In this document: one piece after another, positions 48,946-57,813 of the stretch
How the letters are laid out: every line of letters begins with the position of its first letter
Numbering within the stretch: position 1 is the first letter of the stretch
Assembly (NCBI GenBank): GCA_965223415.1
Contig: OZ245002.1
Location: 3,008,001 to 3,072,000, forward strand
Direction: 5' to 3'
DNA from: Myxococcota bacterium
Lineage (GTDB): Bacteria; Myxococcota_A; UBA9160; UBA6930
Length of the DNA stretch: 64,000 nt
The notes under the pieces: generated by a model
Told to the model about the DNA's origin: nothing
Databases searched by the model: none
The model's input: the letters and a program-made list of their open reading frames with translations, nothing else
Translations under genes and position numbers: made by a program

Positions 48946-49418
48946 GCGGGCTCCTCCGCCGCCTTCCGGACCGCGAGGAGGAACAGGCCGCCGATCAACA
49001 GGAGCTTCGGTCCCCGGACCAGCATCGCCGGGGGCGTGCGCTCGAAGTACTCGGGGGTGAGCGGGTGCATCGCAGTCACCACGAAACCGAAGACCATGCC
49101 CAGGAGCATCAATGCGAGCATCAGGGGCACGAGGCTCCTGTACCGCCAGAGCACGATCCCGTAGAGGAGAACGAATAGCATCTCGTGCATGCCCGCGATC
49201 GATGCGAACATGTGGGCGATCGGAGTCGGGTCGGGATCCCCTTCGAACACGATGATGCTCGCGATGGTGTTCTTGCCGCCGTCGGGCGTGAGGAAGTGGA
49301 CCGTAGCGCTGAAGAGCTGCTCGGCGACCAGGAAGCAGAAGCCGTAGAGGGCGATCGCACCGCCGCGATACTCGTTGCCCGCCCGTCGCGGGACGATGAC
49401 CTCGAGGATCTCCGTCAT
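48942..49418 (-). CDS. Hypothetical membrane protein, paralog 1
   Basis: NEYRGG...VHFLTPDGGKNTIASII. Confidence 0.8.
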   Translation of the reverse strand: MTEILEVIVPRRAGNEYRGGAIALYGFCFLVAEQLFSATVHFLTPDGGKNTIASIIVFEGDPDPTPIAHMFASIAGMHEMLFVLLYGIVLWRYRSLVPLMLALMLLGMVFGFVVTAMHPLTPEYFERTPPAMLVRGPKLLLIGGLFLLAVRKAAEEPA

Positions 49419-49550
49419 CCGTGCGCTCCATCCTGCGGTATGCGCTGATGGATGGCAATCTCGCATCTCGAAGAAGCACTTCCGGTAGGATCGCCAGCCA
49501 GTGACCGTTCGTGAGGCCATGCAGGAGCACTCGAGTCGGACCGGGCGATC

Positions 49551-50987
49551 GTGAGCCCCGCCGAGCCGGGCTGGCTCTCGACGCTCCCGGCCCTCGTCAC
49601 GATCGGGCTGGCGTTCGCGACTCGCAGGGTGATCGTGGCCCTCCTCGCCGGCGTCGTCACCGGGAGCGTCGTCCTGCTGCTCACCGGGGACGGCCCTGCC
49701 GAGGCCAATCCGATCTCCCGGTTCCTCCTGCCCGCCCTCGCCTCGCCGAGCTTCGCGCAGGTTCTGCTGATCTACCTCGGCTGCCTCGGCGGGCTGATCG
49801 GCCTGTGGGAGAGGACGGGCGGGGCCCGGCACTTCGCCCTGGTGCTGGGCGGCCGGGTCGCGCGGGGCCCGCGTTCGAGCCTGCTCTACGGGTGGATGCT
49901 CGGATGCGTCTTCCACCAGGGAGGCACCGTCAGCACCGTGCTGGCCGGAACGAGCGTTCGGCCCGTCACCGATCGCCACCGGGTGAGCCACGAGGAGCTC
50001 GCCTACGTGGTGGACTCGACGGCCTCGCCGGTCGCGACCGTGCTGGCCTTCAACGTCTGGCCCGCCTACGTCGCCGGCCTCGTTGCCGGAACGGTGCCGC
50101 TCCTCTCCGATGCGGCTGCCGGCGAGGCGTTCTTCTGGCGATCGGTTCCCTACAACTTCTACGGCGCGTTCGCGGTGCTGTGCACGCTGCTCTTCTCCCT
50201 CGGCATGCTCCCCTGGATCGGCGCCCGAATGGTCGCCGCCCGGAAGCGCGCCCGGGAGGAGGGGGCCCTCGACGCGCAGGGCGCCCAGCCGATCTTGTCG
50301 GCGATCGCGACCTCCGCACCGGCGGCCGCTGGCGGCTACCGGCCGAGCCTGCTCGACTTCGTCCTGCCCGTCGGCACCCTGATCAGCGTGGCCGTGCTCC
50401 CGACCCTGGTGCTGGGCCGCAGCTTCGCCAACGAGGCCTTCGTCGCAGCACTGCTCTCCGCCGTCGCGGTCGCGTTCGTGAGAGGCCTGCCGGCCCGGGA
50501 GATCGGAGCGGGGATCCTCGGCGGTTTCCGCGGCATGAGCCTCGGCGTCGCCGTCCTGGCGCTCGCGATCACGCTGGGTGACGTGTCGAAGGAGCTCGGC
50601 ACCGCCCACTTCATCGTGGGCAGTCTGGGCGAGGCCGTATCGGCCGCCGCACTGCCCGGCCTGCTCACCGCGCTGTGCATGGTCATCGCATTCTCCACCG
50701 GAACCTCCTGGGGCACCTACGCGGTGGTGTTCCCGTTGGCGATGCCGCTCGCCTGGGCGGTCCACCCCGATGCGGCCTACCTGCAGGTGTGCTTCGGCGC
50801 AGTGCTGGGCGGCGCGGTGTTCGGCGACCAGTGCTCGCCCATCTCCGATACCACCATCCTCACCAGCATGTTCACCGGATGCGACCTTCTCGACCACGTA
50901 CGCACCCAGCTCCCGCTGGCCCTTGCCGTGGGGTCCGTGGCCGCCGCCTGCTCCACGCTCGCCGCGATCTGGCAGAGCTCAGCGTGA
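49551..50987 (+). CDS. NhaC-family antiporter
   Basis: VSHEELAYVVDSTASP, FSTGTSWGT, GAVFGDQCSPISDTTIL. Confidence 0.9.
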   Translation: MSPAEPGWLSTLPALVTIGLAFATRRVIVALLAGVVTGSVVLLLTGDGPAEANPISRFLLPALASPSFAQVLLIYLGCLGGLIGLWERTGGARHFALVLGGRVARGPRSSLLYGWMLGCVFHQGGTVSTVLAGTSVRPVTDRHRVSHEELAYVVDSTASPVATVLAFNVWPAYVAGLVAGTVPLLSDAAAGEAFFWRSVPYNFYGAFAVLCTLLFSLGMLPWIGARMVAARKRAREEGALDAQGAQPILSAIATSAPAAAGGYRPSLLDFVLPVGTLISVAVLPTLVLGRSFANEAFVAALLSAVAVAFVRGLPAREIGAGILGGFRGMSLGVAVLALAITLGDVSKELGTAHFIVGSLGEAVSAAALPGLLTALCMVIAFSTGTSWGTYAVVFPLAMPLAWAVHPDAAYLQVCFGAVLGGAVFGDQCSPISDTTILTSMFTGCDLLDHVRTQLPLALAVGSVAAACSTLAAIWQSSA

Positions 50988-51000
50988 GACCGCAGCGACG

Positions 51001-51228
51001 ATGGCCCGGAGGGCCGCGTTGCGTTCGCGCCGGCACGGGACCTCTCCGGCTCGCGTCGTGGAGCGCCTGCGGATGGACGAGGCCTGCCGACTCCTGGCCG
51101 AGAACCCGCACCCGATCGAGGTGATTGCCGACCAGGTGGGTTACGCGAGCCCCTTCTCGTTCTCCGCCGCCTTCAAGCGGGTCGTCGGAGAGCCGCCTTC
51201 CCGGTACCGGGCCCGGGGTGCATCTTGA
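51001..51228 (+). pseudogene. AraC C-terminal HTH remnant
   Basis: RMDEACRLL...IADQVGYASPFSFSAAFKR..GEPPSRYR; no N-terminal domain. Confidence 0.75.
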
Positions 51229-51243
51229 GCCCGCCTTCCGGGA

Positions 51244-51624
51244 TCAGCCGGGGGAGGTGTGCCGGAGGTGCTCGCGGGAGAGGTCCAGCAGCATCTGCAC
51301 GTGGGCGTCGTCCAGGCTGTAGTGCACCCTGCGGCCGGCCCGTCGCGCCCTGACCACGCCGGCCGTTCGCAGCAGCCGGAGCGCGTGGGAGACGTTCGTT
51401 TCCGGCGTCCCGGTGGAGGCCGCCAGGTCGCAGACGCAGAGCTCGCCCGCCTCGAGGAGGGCGTAGAGCAGGCGCGCGCGGGTGGCGTCGCCCAGCAGCC
51501 GGAAGAGCTGGGTGAGCTCATCGAGCTCGTCGTCCGGGAGGAGTCGGGCTCGTGTGGCCTCGACACGCTCCTTGTCGACCACCGTGGTGGAGCAGGCATC
51601 GGGGGCGGGGGCTTTCCTGGGCAT
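51244..51624 (-). CDS. SmtB/CadC-type ArsR metalloregulator
   Basis: ELCVCDLA, VSHALRLLR, YSLDDAHV...EHLRH. Confidence 0.92.
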   Translation of the reverse strand: MPRKAPAPDACSTTVVDKERVEATRARLLPDDELDELTQLFRLLGDATRARLLYALLEAGELCVCDLAASTGTPETNVSHALRLLRTAGVVRARRAGRRVHYSLDDAHVQMLLDLSREHLRHTSPG

Positions 51625-51637
51625 GGCCGAACCTCGC

Positions 51638-51661
51638 ATACCTGAATAGCCGATCAGGTAT
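51638..51661. promoter_or_regulatory. ArsR/SmtB operator
   Basis: ATACCTGA-N8-TCAGGTAT perfect dyad 13 bp upstream of the ATG. Confidence 0.75.
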
Positions 51662-51688
51662 CGATTCGTGAGGCCCGCCGGCCGGGCC

Positions 51689-51724
51689 GCACGGTCCGCC
51701 CCCCCGCCGGGGGGCGGACCGTGC
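51689..51724 (-). terminator. Hairpin terminator
   Basis: GCACGGTCCGCCCCCC / GGGGGGCGGACCGTGC, just after the 51736 stop. Confidence 0.65.
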
Positions 51725-51735
51725 CGAGCCGAGCC

Positions 51736-54700
51736 TCAGGCCCGCCGGCGCCGGCGCAGGAAGCCGAGGAGCGGCACGAGCAGCGCCAGCTCCGGGCCGA
51801 AGCCGCAGAGCGGAGGCGAGGAAGCCGCCTCGGTCGCCTTCCACGCCGTGGTGCACTGGGGATCCGGGCCATTGGGATCGCCATTGCCCGGGCCCAGAAC
51901 CGACACGCCGCCGTCGAAGTCCGTGCCGAGCTGGCCGTCGTTGTCCTTGCCGTCCTGGCAGGCCGGGGCCTCCTCGTCCGCGTCCGGGAGCCAGCAACCC
52001 GGGTCGTTGGCATCGTCGATCATGCCGTCGCCGTCGTTGTCGACGCCGTCGTCGCAGGCCGGGTTCTCGACGTTGGGGGTGGCGCCGTTCGCGCAGCCCG
52101 GGTCGACCGCGTCGACCAGGCCGTCGCCGTCGTTGTCGATGAAGTCGCCGCACGCGCCCGTGACGCTGCCCGCGTTGGCCGGATCGGTGCCCGCGTCGAG
52201 CTCGTCCCGGTCGAACACGCCGTCCTCGTCCGCGTCGATACCGACCCGGTCGCCGGAGCCCGGCGGCACGCAGGTGTAGGTGATCTCCTGGCCCGCGGTC
52301 TGGGCGATGAGCCGCAGCTGGGCGTCGGTGTGGGTCTCGGAGCTGCGGTCGCTCTGGAAGTGCGAGAGCCCCGGCCGGTAGACCCAGCCCCTCGCCTCTC
52401 CGTTCACCACGCCCTTCGCCACCAGGTCGCACTCGGTGACCGTGCCGCCGAGGACCTTCGAATCGAAGGCGGTCCCGGCCTGGGCGACCAGGAGCGTGAT
52501 GCGGCCGTTCGTGTCCGCGTCGCCGGCGCCCGCCAGGGTCACCTGCTGTCCGACGATGGGCGCCAGGTCCGAGGGGAACTGCAGGCTGAACTGCTCGAGG
52601 TCGTCCTCTTCCTGGGGGGTCAGGTTGAAGACGCTGCCCGGGTTCCCGCCGCCGAGGAAGGTCTTCACCGTGTCGACGCTGCCGTCGTGGAGGAATCCGG
52701 TGCCCCGCACCTGATCCCCGGTGAAGCTTCCCAGGGCCGAGGCCCCGAACATGCCGACCTTCTGATACATGTTGCGCATGTGGGCGACCTTGAAGTTCTG
52801 GGGCTCGCCCTCGAAGGTCATTTCGCCCCCCGTCCCGAAGAAGCCGTCCACCGGGTCGAGGTTGTGGCAGCCGTCGCAGTCATCGACGGTGTCGCTCGAG
52901 TTGGGGACCGTCCCCCCGTTGACGAAGATCTGGTCGTGGGCGCACTCCGCGTTCCCGGCACCGCAGCTGAAGAACTTGGTCTCGCCAGCCAGGGCGGCGC
53001 CCGTGTAGACGTTGTCCAGGGGAGCGACCGGGTTGGGCGGCAGCTGCACCTGGAGCATGAAGTCCGAGAACTTCTGCATGTCCGTGGTCGAGATCAGGCC
53101 GTCGTGGCCGACCAGGCCCTCGAAGGCGACGATGAAGTTCCGGAAGGAGAGGTCCTCGTCACACGGAGCCGTCGTGCTCTGGTTCGTGGGATCGCCGCTG
53201 CTCACGTTCACGTAGCCCGTCGCGTTGCAGCCATCGAGGCCGAAGAAGCCGTCGACCCGGTCGCCCCGCCAGTGCATGGCCCCGTGGGTGGACATGCCGC
53301 GGAGCGTCTGGGTCGTCATCGGGCCCTTCATCGGATGGAGGCTGAACTGGTCGTACCCGCTGGGAATGATCGTCTGCGTGACCAAGAAGCCCAGGGAATC
53401 AGCCGGGTCGAGGAGCGGCGTGGCGATCGGCTGCGAGTTCGTCGAGACGTGGTCGTCCGGATTGCCCAGGTTCCAGGCCAGGCTGTCGAAATCGCCGAAG
53501 ATGTGGCAGCTCGAGCAGGAGGCCTCGCCATTGCCCGAGGTGAGCACGGCGTCGTAGAGGACGGGGCGCCCGTCCTTGAGCGACTCCGGCTCCGGGTTCA
53601 GGAGCGGGAGCCGGTAGGTCTCCGTGCCCGCGGTGGTGTCCACCACGGCGACGGAGTTGTCGAAGCGGGTCGTCACGTAGAGCCGGCCGCGGGCCTCGTC
53701 GAGGGCCAGGCCGCTCGGGCCGCCGGCCACGTCGATGTAGTTGGCGCTCTCGGTCGTCGGGTCGAAGTTCGCCTCGAAGAGCGGATCCTCGATGTCTGCC
53801 GTCGCGAAGACACCGACCTTGCCCGACCCGAAGGCCGCCACATAGAGGGTGGCACCGGCCGAGTCGACCACCGCCTGCAGGGGCGTGGCCAGGCTGTGGT
53901 CCTTCTGGGTCGGGTCCACGAGGTCCGGCACGTCGGTGTGGAGCCTCGAGTAGTCGATGTGCTGGTTCAGGTGCTGCGGGTCGACGGAGGGGCCCGTGGG
54001 GTCGAGGACGCTGATGCGCGTCTCCGACAGACGGCCCTGGACGGTGCTGCCGCCGTGGCCGCCCGGGCCCTCGAAGCGCACGTGGTTCGGGCTCTCGGTG
54101 TTCGTCACGTACACCTTGCCCGTCACCGGGTTCACGACCATGTTGAAGAGGATCGTGCCCACGTGGTCGAACTCGACCACGCTTCCGCTGGCGAGCGTGT
54201 TGGCGTTGATCGAGAACACGTCGTGGTCGGGCAGGCTCAGATTGACGCAGCCCGTCCAGTCGCGACCCACGGCGTCCCGCCAGGCGGCGCCGTCCCACTT
54301 CACGATGATGCCGGTCTCGGGCGCCGGGTCGCCGGCTGCGTTGTCGTCGGGGCCGGGGACACCGCCCGGCGCGGTTCCGCCGCCCGGGCACGACGCGGTG
54401 CCGGCGCTGTCGAAGCCGTCGGGGACGACGCTCTCGAAGATCGTCGTGGTCTGGTTGCCCGAGTGGAAGGCCGCGGCGTAGACCGTGTTCCCGTCGGCGC
54501 TCACGGCGAGGGCGCGCGGCGTATCGGCGAAGAAGCTCACGATCTCGAGCGGATCGCCGCCGATCGAGCTGCCCGGCGCGGTCGCCGAGAACACCCAGAC
54601 GTCCGCCCGGCCGATGCCCTCGGTCGTGAGCTGGGCATCGCCTGCGCCGGGCACGCTGTTGATGGAGCTGTGGGTCCGGTGCTGGCCCCGGTGCGCCGTC

Positions 54701-55110
54701 GTGATGAACGCGCGGCCCGCTCCGGTGCCGGCGAACACGATGTCCCGGGGCTCGTCGCCCACCAGCAGGGTTCGGACGACCCGGCCGCTCGGGACGTCCA
54801 CGATGCTCACGCTGTCCGAGAGATGGTTCACCACCCAGACCTCGTCGTTCGTCCGCGCTGCGACCGCCACGGGCTCGAGGCCCACCGGCACGGAGCCGGT
54901 CGGGTGGATGCCGTCGTCGTCCACGTCGAAGATTTCGAGCCGGTTGGCCGGCGTGTTCGCGACGAACAGGCGCGCGCCGTCCGGCGAGAGGGCGATCGGC
55001 CGGACCGGGCCCGACTCGAACGCGACGAAGGAGGGCTGGGCCCCGGCCGACCCGCCCACGAGGACGAGGCAGGCCAGGAGCGCGGCGAAGACGGAGGTGG
55101 AGCGGAGCAT
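51736..55110 (-). CDS. Secreted YVTN/YncE beta-propeller plus di-heme cytochrome c domain, Ca-binding repeats and C-terminal anchor
   Basis: Signal peptide, VGLEP/VGDEP blades, CSSCH and CDGCH, DNDGDG repeats, CGFGPEL-TM-RRRRR tail. Confidence 0.88.
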   Translation of the reverse strand: MLRSTSVFAALLACLVLVGGSAGAQPSFVAFESGPVRPIALSPDGARLFVANTPANRLEIFDVDDDGIHPTGSVPVGLEPVAVAARTNDEVWVVNHLSDSVSIVDVPSGRVVRTLLVGDEPRDIVFAGTGAGRAFITTAHRGQHRTHSSINSVPGAGDAQLTTEGIGRADVWVFSATAPGSSIGGDPLEIVSFFADTPRALAVSADGNTVYAAAFHSGNQTTTIFESVVPDGFDSAGTASCPGGGTAPGGVPGPDDNAAGDPAPETGIIVKWDGAAWRDAVGRDWTGCVNLSLPDHDVFSINANTLASGSVVEFDHVGTILFNMVVNPVTGKVYVTNTESPNHVRFEGPGGHGGSTVQGRLSETRISVLDPTGPSVDPQHLNQHIDYSRLHTDVPDLVDPTQKDHSLATPLQAVVDSAGATLYVAAFGSGKVGVFATADIEDPLFEANFDPTTESANYIDVAGGPSGLALDEARGRLYVTTRFDNSVAVVDTTAGTETYRLPLLNPEPESLKDGRPVLYDAVLTSGNGEASCSSCHIFGDFDSLAWNLGNPDDHVSTNSQPIATPLLDPADSLGFLVTQTIIPSGYDQFSLHPMKGPMTTQTLRGMSTHGAMHWRGDRVDGFFGLDGCNATGYVNVSSGDPTNQSTTAPCDEDLSFRNFIVAFEGLVGHDGLISTTDMQKFSDFMLQVQLPPNPVAPLDNVYTGAALAGETKFFSCGAGNAECAHDQIFVNGGTVPNSSDTVDDCDGCHNLDPVDGFFGTGGEMTFEGEPQNFKVAHMRNMYQKVGMFGASALGSFTGDQVRGTGFLHDGSVDTVKTFLGGGNPGSVFNLTPQEEDDLEQFSLQFPSDLAPIVGQQVTLAGAGDADTNGRITLLVAQAGTAFDSKVLGGTVTECDLVAKGVVNGEARGWVYRPGLSHFQSDRSSETHTDAQLRLIAQTAGQEITYTCVPPGSGDRVGIDADEDGVFDRDELDAGTDPANAGSVTGACGDFIDNDGDGLVDAVDPGCANGATPNVENPACDDGVDNDGDGMIDDANDPGCWLPDADEEAPACQDGKDNDGQLGTDFDGGVSVLGPGNGDPNGPDPQCTTAWKATEAASSPPLCGFGPELALLVPLLGFLRRRRRA

Positions 55111-55258
55111 GCAAGTCACGGCGGACCTTCCCGAAAATGAAGGGAACATGAGTAGGAGCGAGCCTCAAGAGGGCCGGCCCGAAGCTCGCTCGCGAACACG
55201 CCATCCTCTCACAGATGGGGGGATGAGTCCAACCCGGCTCACCACGAGCCGATTCGGG

Positions 55259-55918
55259 CTAGGCCCCCGCGCCGTTCCGCGTCACCGACGCTCGGGAGAG
55301 CACGCACCAGCTCCCCCAGCCCGCCTCGGCCGTCCTTCCTTCCCAATGGCCGGGCAGGACCGCGGCCACGTCCTCGGCGGGGAGGTAGATCGGCGTGCGG
55401 TCGCCGTTCGAGCTGACCCACACGAGCGCGCCGTCAGGCGCGAGGACCCGGTCGATCTCCGAGGGAAAGAGCAGCGCGTTCTCGAGCACGATCGACCGCG
55501 CAGCACCATCCGCCAACGGCAGTGCCGCGCCGTCCGCGCAGACGCGGTAGCCGGCGTCGGCGGGCGCCCTGCGCAGCATCTCCATCGACAGATCGATCGC
55601 CACCACCGAGCCGAAGCGCTCTCGCAGGTGCCGTGTTCCGAAACCCGTTCCCGATCCCACCTCGACGCAGACGCCGTCGGGCACGGCTCCCCGCTCGAGA
55701 GCGTCCTTCAGCGGCTCCGTGCGGGTCTCGTTCCGGCGGGTGTGCCACTCGGACGCGAGGCCGTCGAAGAGCTCCGCGACACGGGCGGCGCGCTCGGGGG
55801 TCCAGGAGGCGGGGTCGAAGGCAGCCTGCCGCGTGACCTCGCGGATCCGCATCGCGGCTTCGGGCATCGTCGGGCGTTCCGGTGCCTCGGGATGGGTGCG
55901 CGGCAGGTTCTCGATCAT
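55259..55918 (-). CDS. Class I SAM-dependent methyltransferase
   Basis: VEVGSGTG, IDLSMEML, RVLAPDG. Confidence 0.85.
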   Translation of the reverse strand: MIENLPRTHPEAPERPTMPEAAMRIREVTRQAAFDPASWTPERAARVAELFDGLASEWHTRRNETRTEPLKDALERGAVPDGVCVEVGSGTGFGTRHLRERFGSVVAIDLSMEMLRRAPADAGYRVCADGAALPLADGAARSIVLENALLFPSEIDRVLAPDGALVWVSSNGDRTPIYLPAEDVAAVLPGHWEGRTAEAGWGSWCVLSRASVTRNGAGA

Positions 55919-55971
55919 GGGGCGAGTATCGCACTCCCCGGGGCGGCGACCGGCGTACACTTCCGGCGTTC

Positions 55972-56670
55972 ATGACGCCCTCTCGCGCCGACGGGCGAAG
56001 CGCATCGGTCCGTTTGCGGAGTGTCCTCCGCCTGCTCGTCCTGCTGGCGCTCCACGGCGGCATCCTCCTCGCCGCCGGCGGCGACGCGCGCTGGCCGGCG
56101 GCCTGGGTCTACCTGGGCGTCTGGGGGCTCGGCGCAGGCCTCTCGGTCCTGGCGCTGAGCCCGGAGCTCCTCGAGGAGCGCAGCGGCCTGGGGGAAGGCG
56201 CGAAGCGCTGGGACATTCCCCTGGCCGTTGGCATGGCCCACGGCCCGGTGCTCATCCTGCTCGTGGCGGGCCTCGACCACCGGCACGGATGGCCGCCCTC
56301 CCCGGGGCCGCCCGCCGTGGTGGCAGGTCTGGTCGCCGTCCTCGGCGGACAGGGCCTGACCTTCTGGGCGATGAAGACGAACGCGTTCTTCGCGCCCGTT
56401 TGCCGGATCCAGACCGAGCGCGGCCATCGCGTCGTTCTCGACGGGCCGTACCGGTTCGTGCGGCACCCCGGCTACGCCGGCGCGATCCTCTTCTACCTGG
56501 GCGCCGCGCTCCTTCTCGAATCGGTGTGGGCGCTCGGCGCCAGCGGGTGCGTCGCGATCGCCACCGTGGCTCGGACGGCTCGCGAGGACCGGACCCTCGC
56601 GACGGAGCTGCCGGGCTACGGGGCCTACCGCGCCCGGGTGGGATCCCGCCTGATCCCGGGCGTCTGGTAG
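55972..56670 (+). CDS. ICMT-family membrane methyltransferase
   Basis: GHRVVLDGPYRFVRHPGYAG, EDRTL..ELPGY..Y...V..RLIPGVW. Confidence 0.88.
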   Translation: MTPSRADGRSASVRLRSVLRLLVLLALHGGILLAAGGDARWPAAWVYLGVWGLGAGLSVLALSPELLEERSGLGEGAKRWDIPLAVGMAHGPVLILLVAGLDHRHGWPPSPGPPAVVAGLVAVLGGQGLTFWAMKTNAFFAPVCRIQTERGHRVVLDGPYRFVRHPGYAGAILFYLGAALLLESVWALGASGCVAIATVARTAREDRTLATELPGYGAYRARVGSRLIPGVW

Positions 56671-56688
56671 CGCGCGGCCGCCGCTCGG

Positions 56689-56719
56689 CACGGCCCCGGG
56701 CACCGCGCCCGGGGCCGTG
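56689..56719 (+). terminator. Hairpin
   Basis: CACGGCCCCGGGC / GCCCGGGGCCGTG after the stop. Confidence 0.55.
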
Positions 56720-56827
56720 TGGGGGCGATGGTGGCGGGTCGGGTCTCGCCCCCGAGCGAGGCCCACCTTGGATTGCGGTTGGCATGAAGTCAAATGATGA
56801 TTTAGACAGTTCGCATGAGAAAAGAGA

Positions 56828-57763
56828 ATGGTTTTGAACACGACCCACCAGATCGACCTGCGTCGAATGCGCACCGTGGTCGAGGTGGCGCGGGCCGAGG
56901 CCATCACGACGGCGGCGGAGACCCTGGGTCTCACCCAATCCGCAGTCTCCCGAACCGTCGCGGAGGTGGAGGATGCCCTGGGCGTGCGCCTCTTCGAGCG
57001 CCTGCCTCGGGGCATCCGGCCGACGGACGCGGGCCAGCGGTTCGTCGCCCGCGCCCGGCGTTTGCTGACCGACGCCGACGATCTCGTCTCGGAGGTCCGG
57101 GCGACGCCCACCCTCGTGACCGGCCGACTGCGCATCGGTCTGACCTCCGCGGGGAGTCAGGCCACGCGCCCCCTGGCCCGCCTCGCCGCCGGCTACCCGG
57201 GCGTCGCCATCGAAACCGTGAACGGCACGGCCGAGACGCTCTGCCCCCGCGTCCTCCAGGGCGAGCTGGATCTCGTCGTCGGCCCGTCGAGCTATCTCCG
57301 GCGCTGGCGCGAGCTCGAGGTGACACGCCTGGCCCGCATGTACTTCGGCTGCGTGTTCCGCAAGGGCCATCCCCTCGCCGGCGCGGAGAGGCCCAGCGAG
57401 GAGGAGGTGCTCGGCTACCCCGTCATCCTGCCGGAGAGTGTGGAGCCGACCTACTCGGATATCGGCCAGCGCTACCTGCACCACGGCCTCCCGCCGCTGC
57501 AGCCCCGCTACGTCACCGACGATTTCGACCTGGCCCTGCGCATCGTCTACCGGACGGACGCGTTCTATCCACTCATGATCCCCAGCGATTCCTTCGAGGA
57601 GCTGGAGCGCAACTTCTTCGTGCTGCGCGACGGCGTGGAGATGCCGCTCCGCTACCTGAGCTACGCACGGGCAGCCCACCGGCCGCGCACCGCCCTCGTG
57701 GAAGCCTTCGAGGCCCTGCTCGTCGAGCATCTGCACCACGCGGAGGAACCGGCCCGGATCTGA
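56828..57763 (+). CDS. LysR regulator
   Basis: AAETLGLTQSAVSRTVAEVEDALGVRLFER. Confidence 0.92.
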   Translation: MVLNTTHQIDLRRMRTVVEVARAEAITTAAETLGLTQSAVSRTVAEVEDALGVRLFERLPRGIRPTDAGQRFVARARRLLTDADDLVSEVRATPTLVTGRLRIGLTSAGSQATRPLARLAAGYPGVAIETVNGTAETLCPRVLQGELDLVVGPSSYLRRWRELEVTRLARMYFGCVFRKGHPLAGAERPSEEEVLGYPVILPESVEPTYSDIGQRYLHHGLPPLQPRYVTDDFDLALRIVYRTDAFYPLMIPSDSFEELERNFFVLRDGVEMPLRYLSYARAAHRPRTALVEAFEALLVEHLHHAEEPARI

Positions 57764-57813
57764 GCCGACGCCGGGAGCGGAGGGAAGCGGGATGCCTGCC
57801 GTCAGGCCGCCCT

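Noticed and set aside
51880..52240. Repeats GTCGCCGTCGTTGTCGA as a CRISPR or DNA repeat array
   Set aside because: They encode DNDGDG calcium-binding motifs within a protein and have no repeat-spacer structure.
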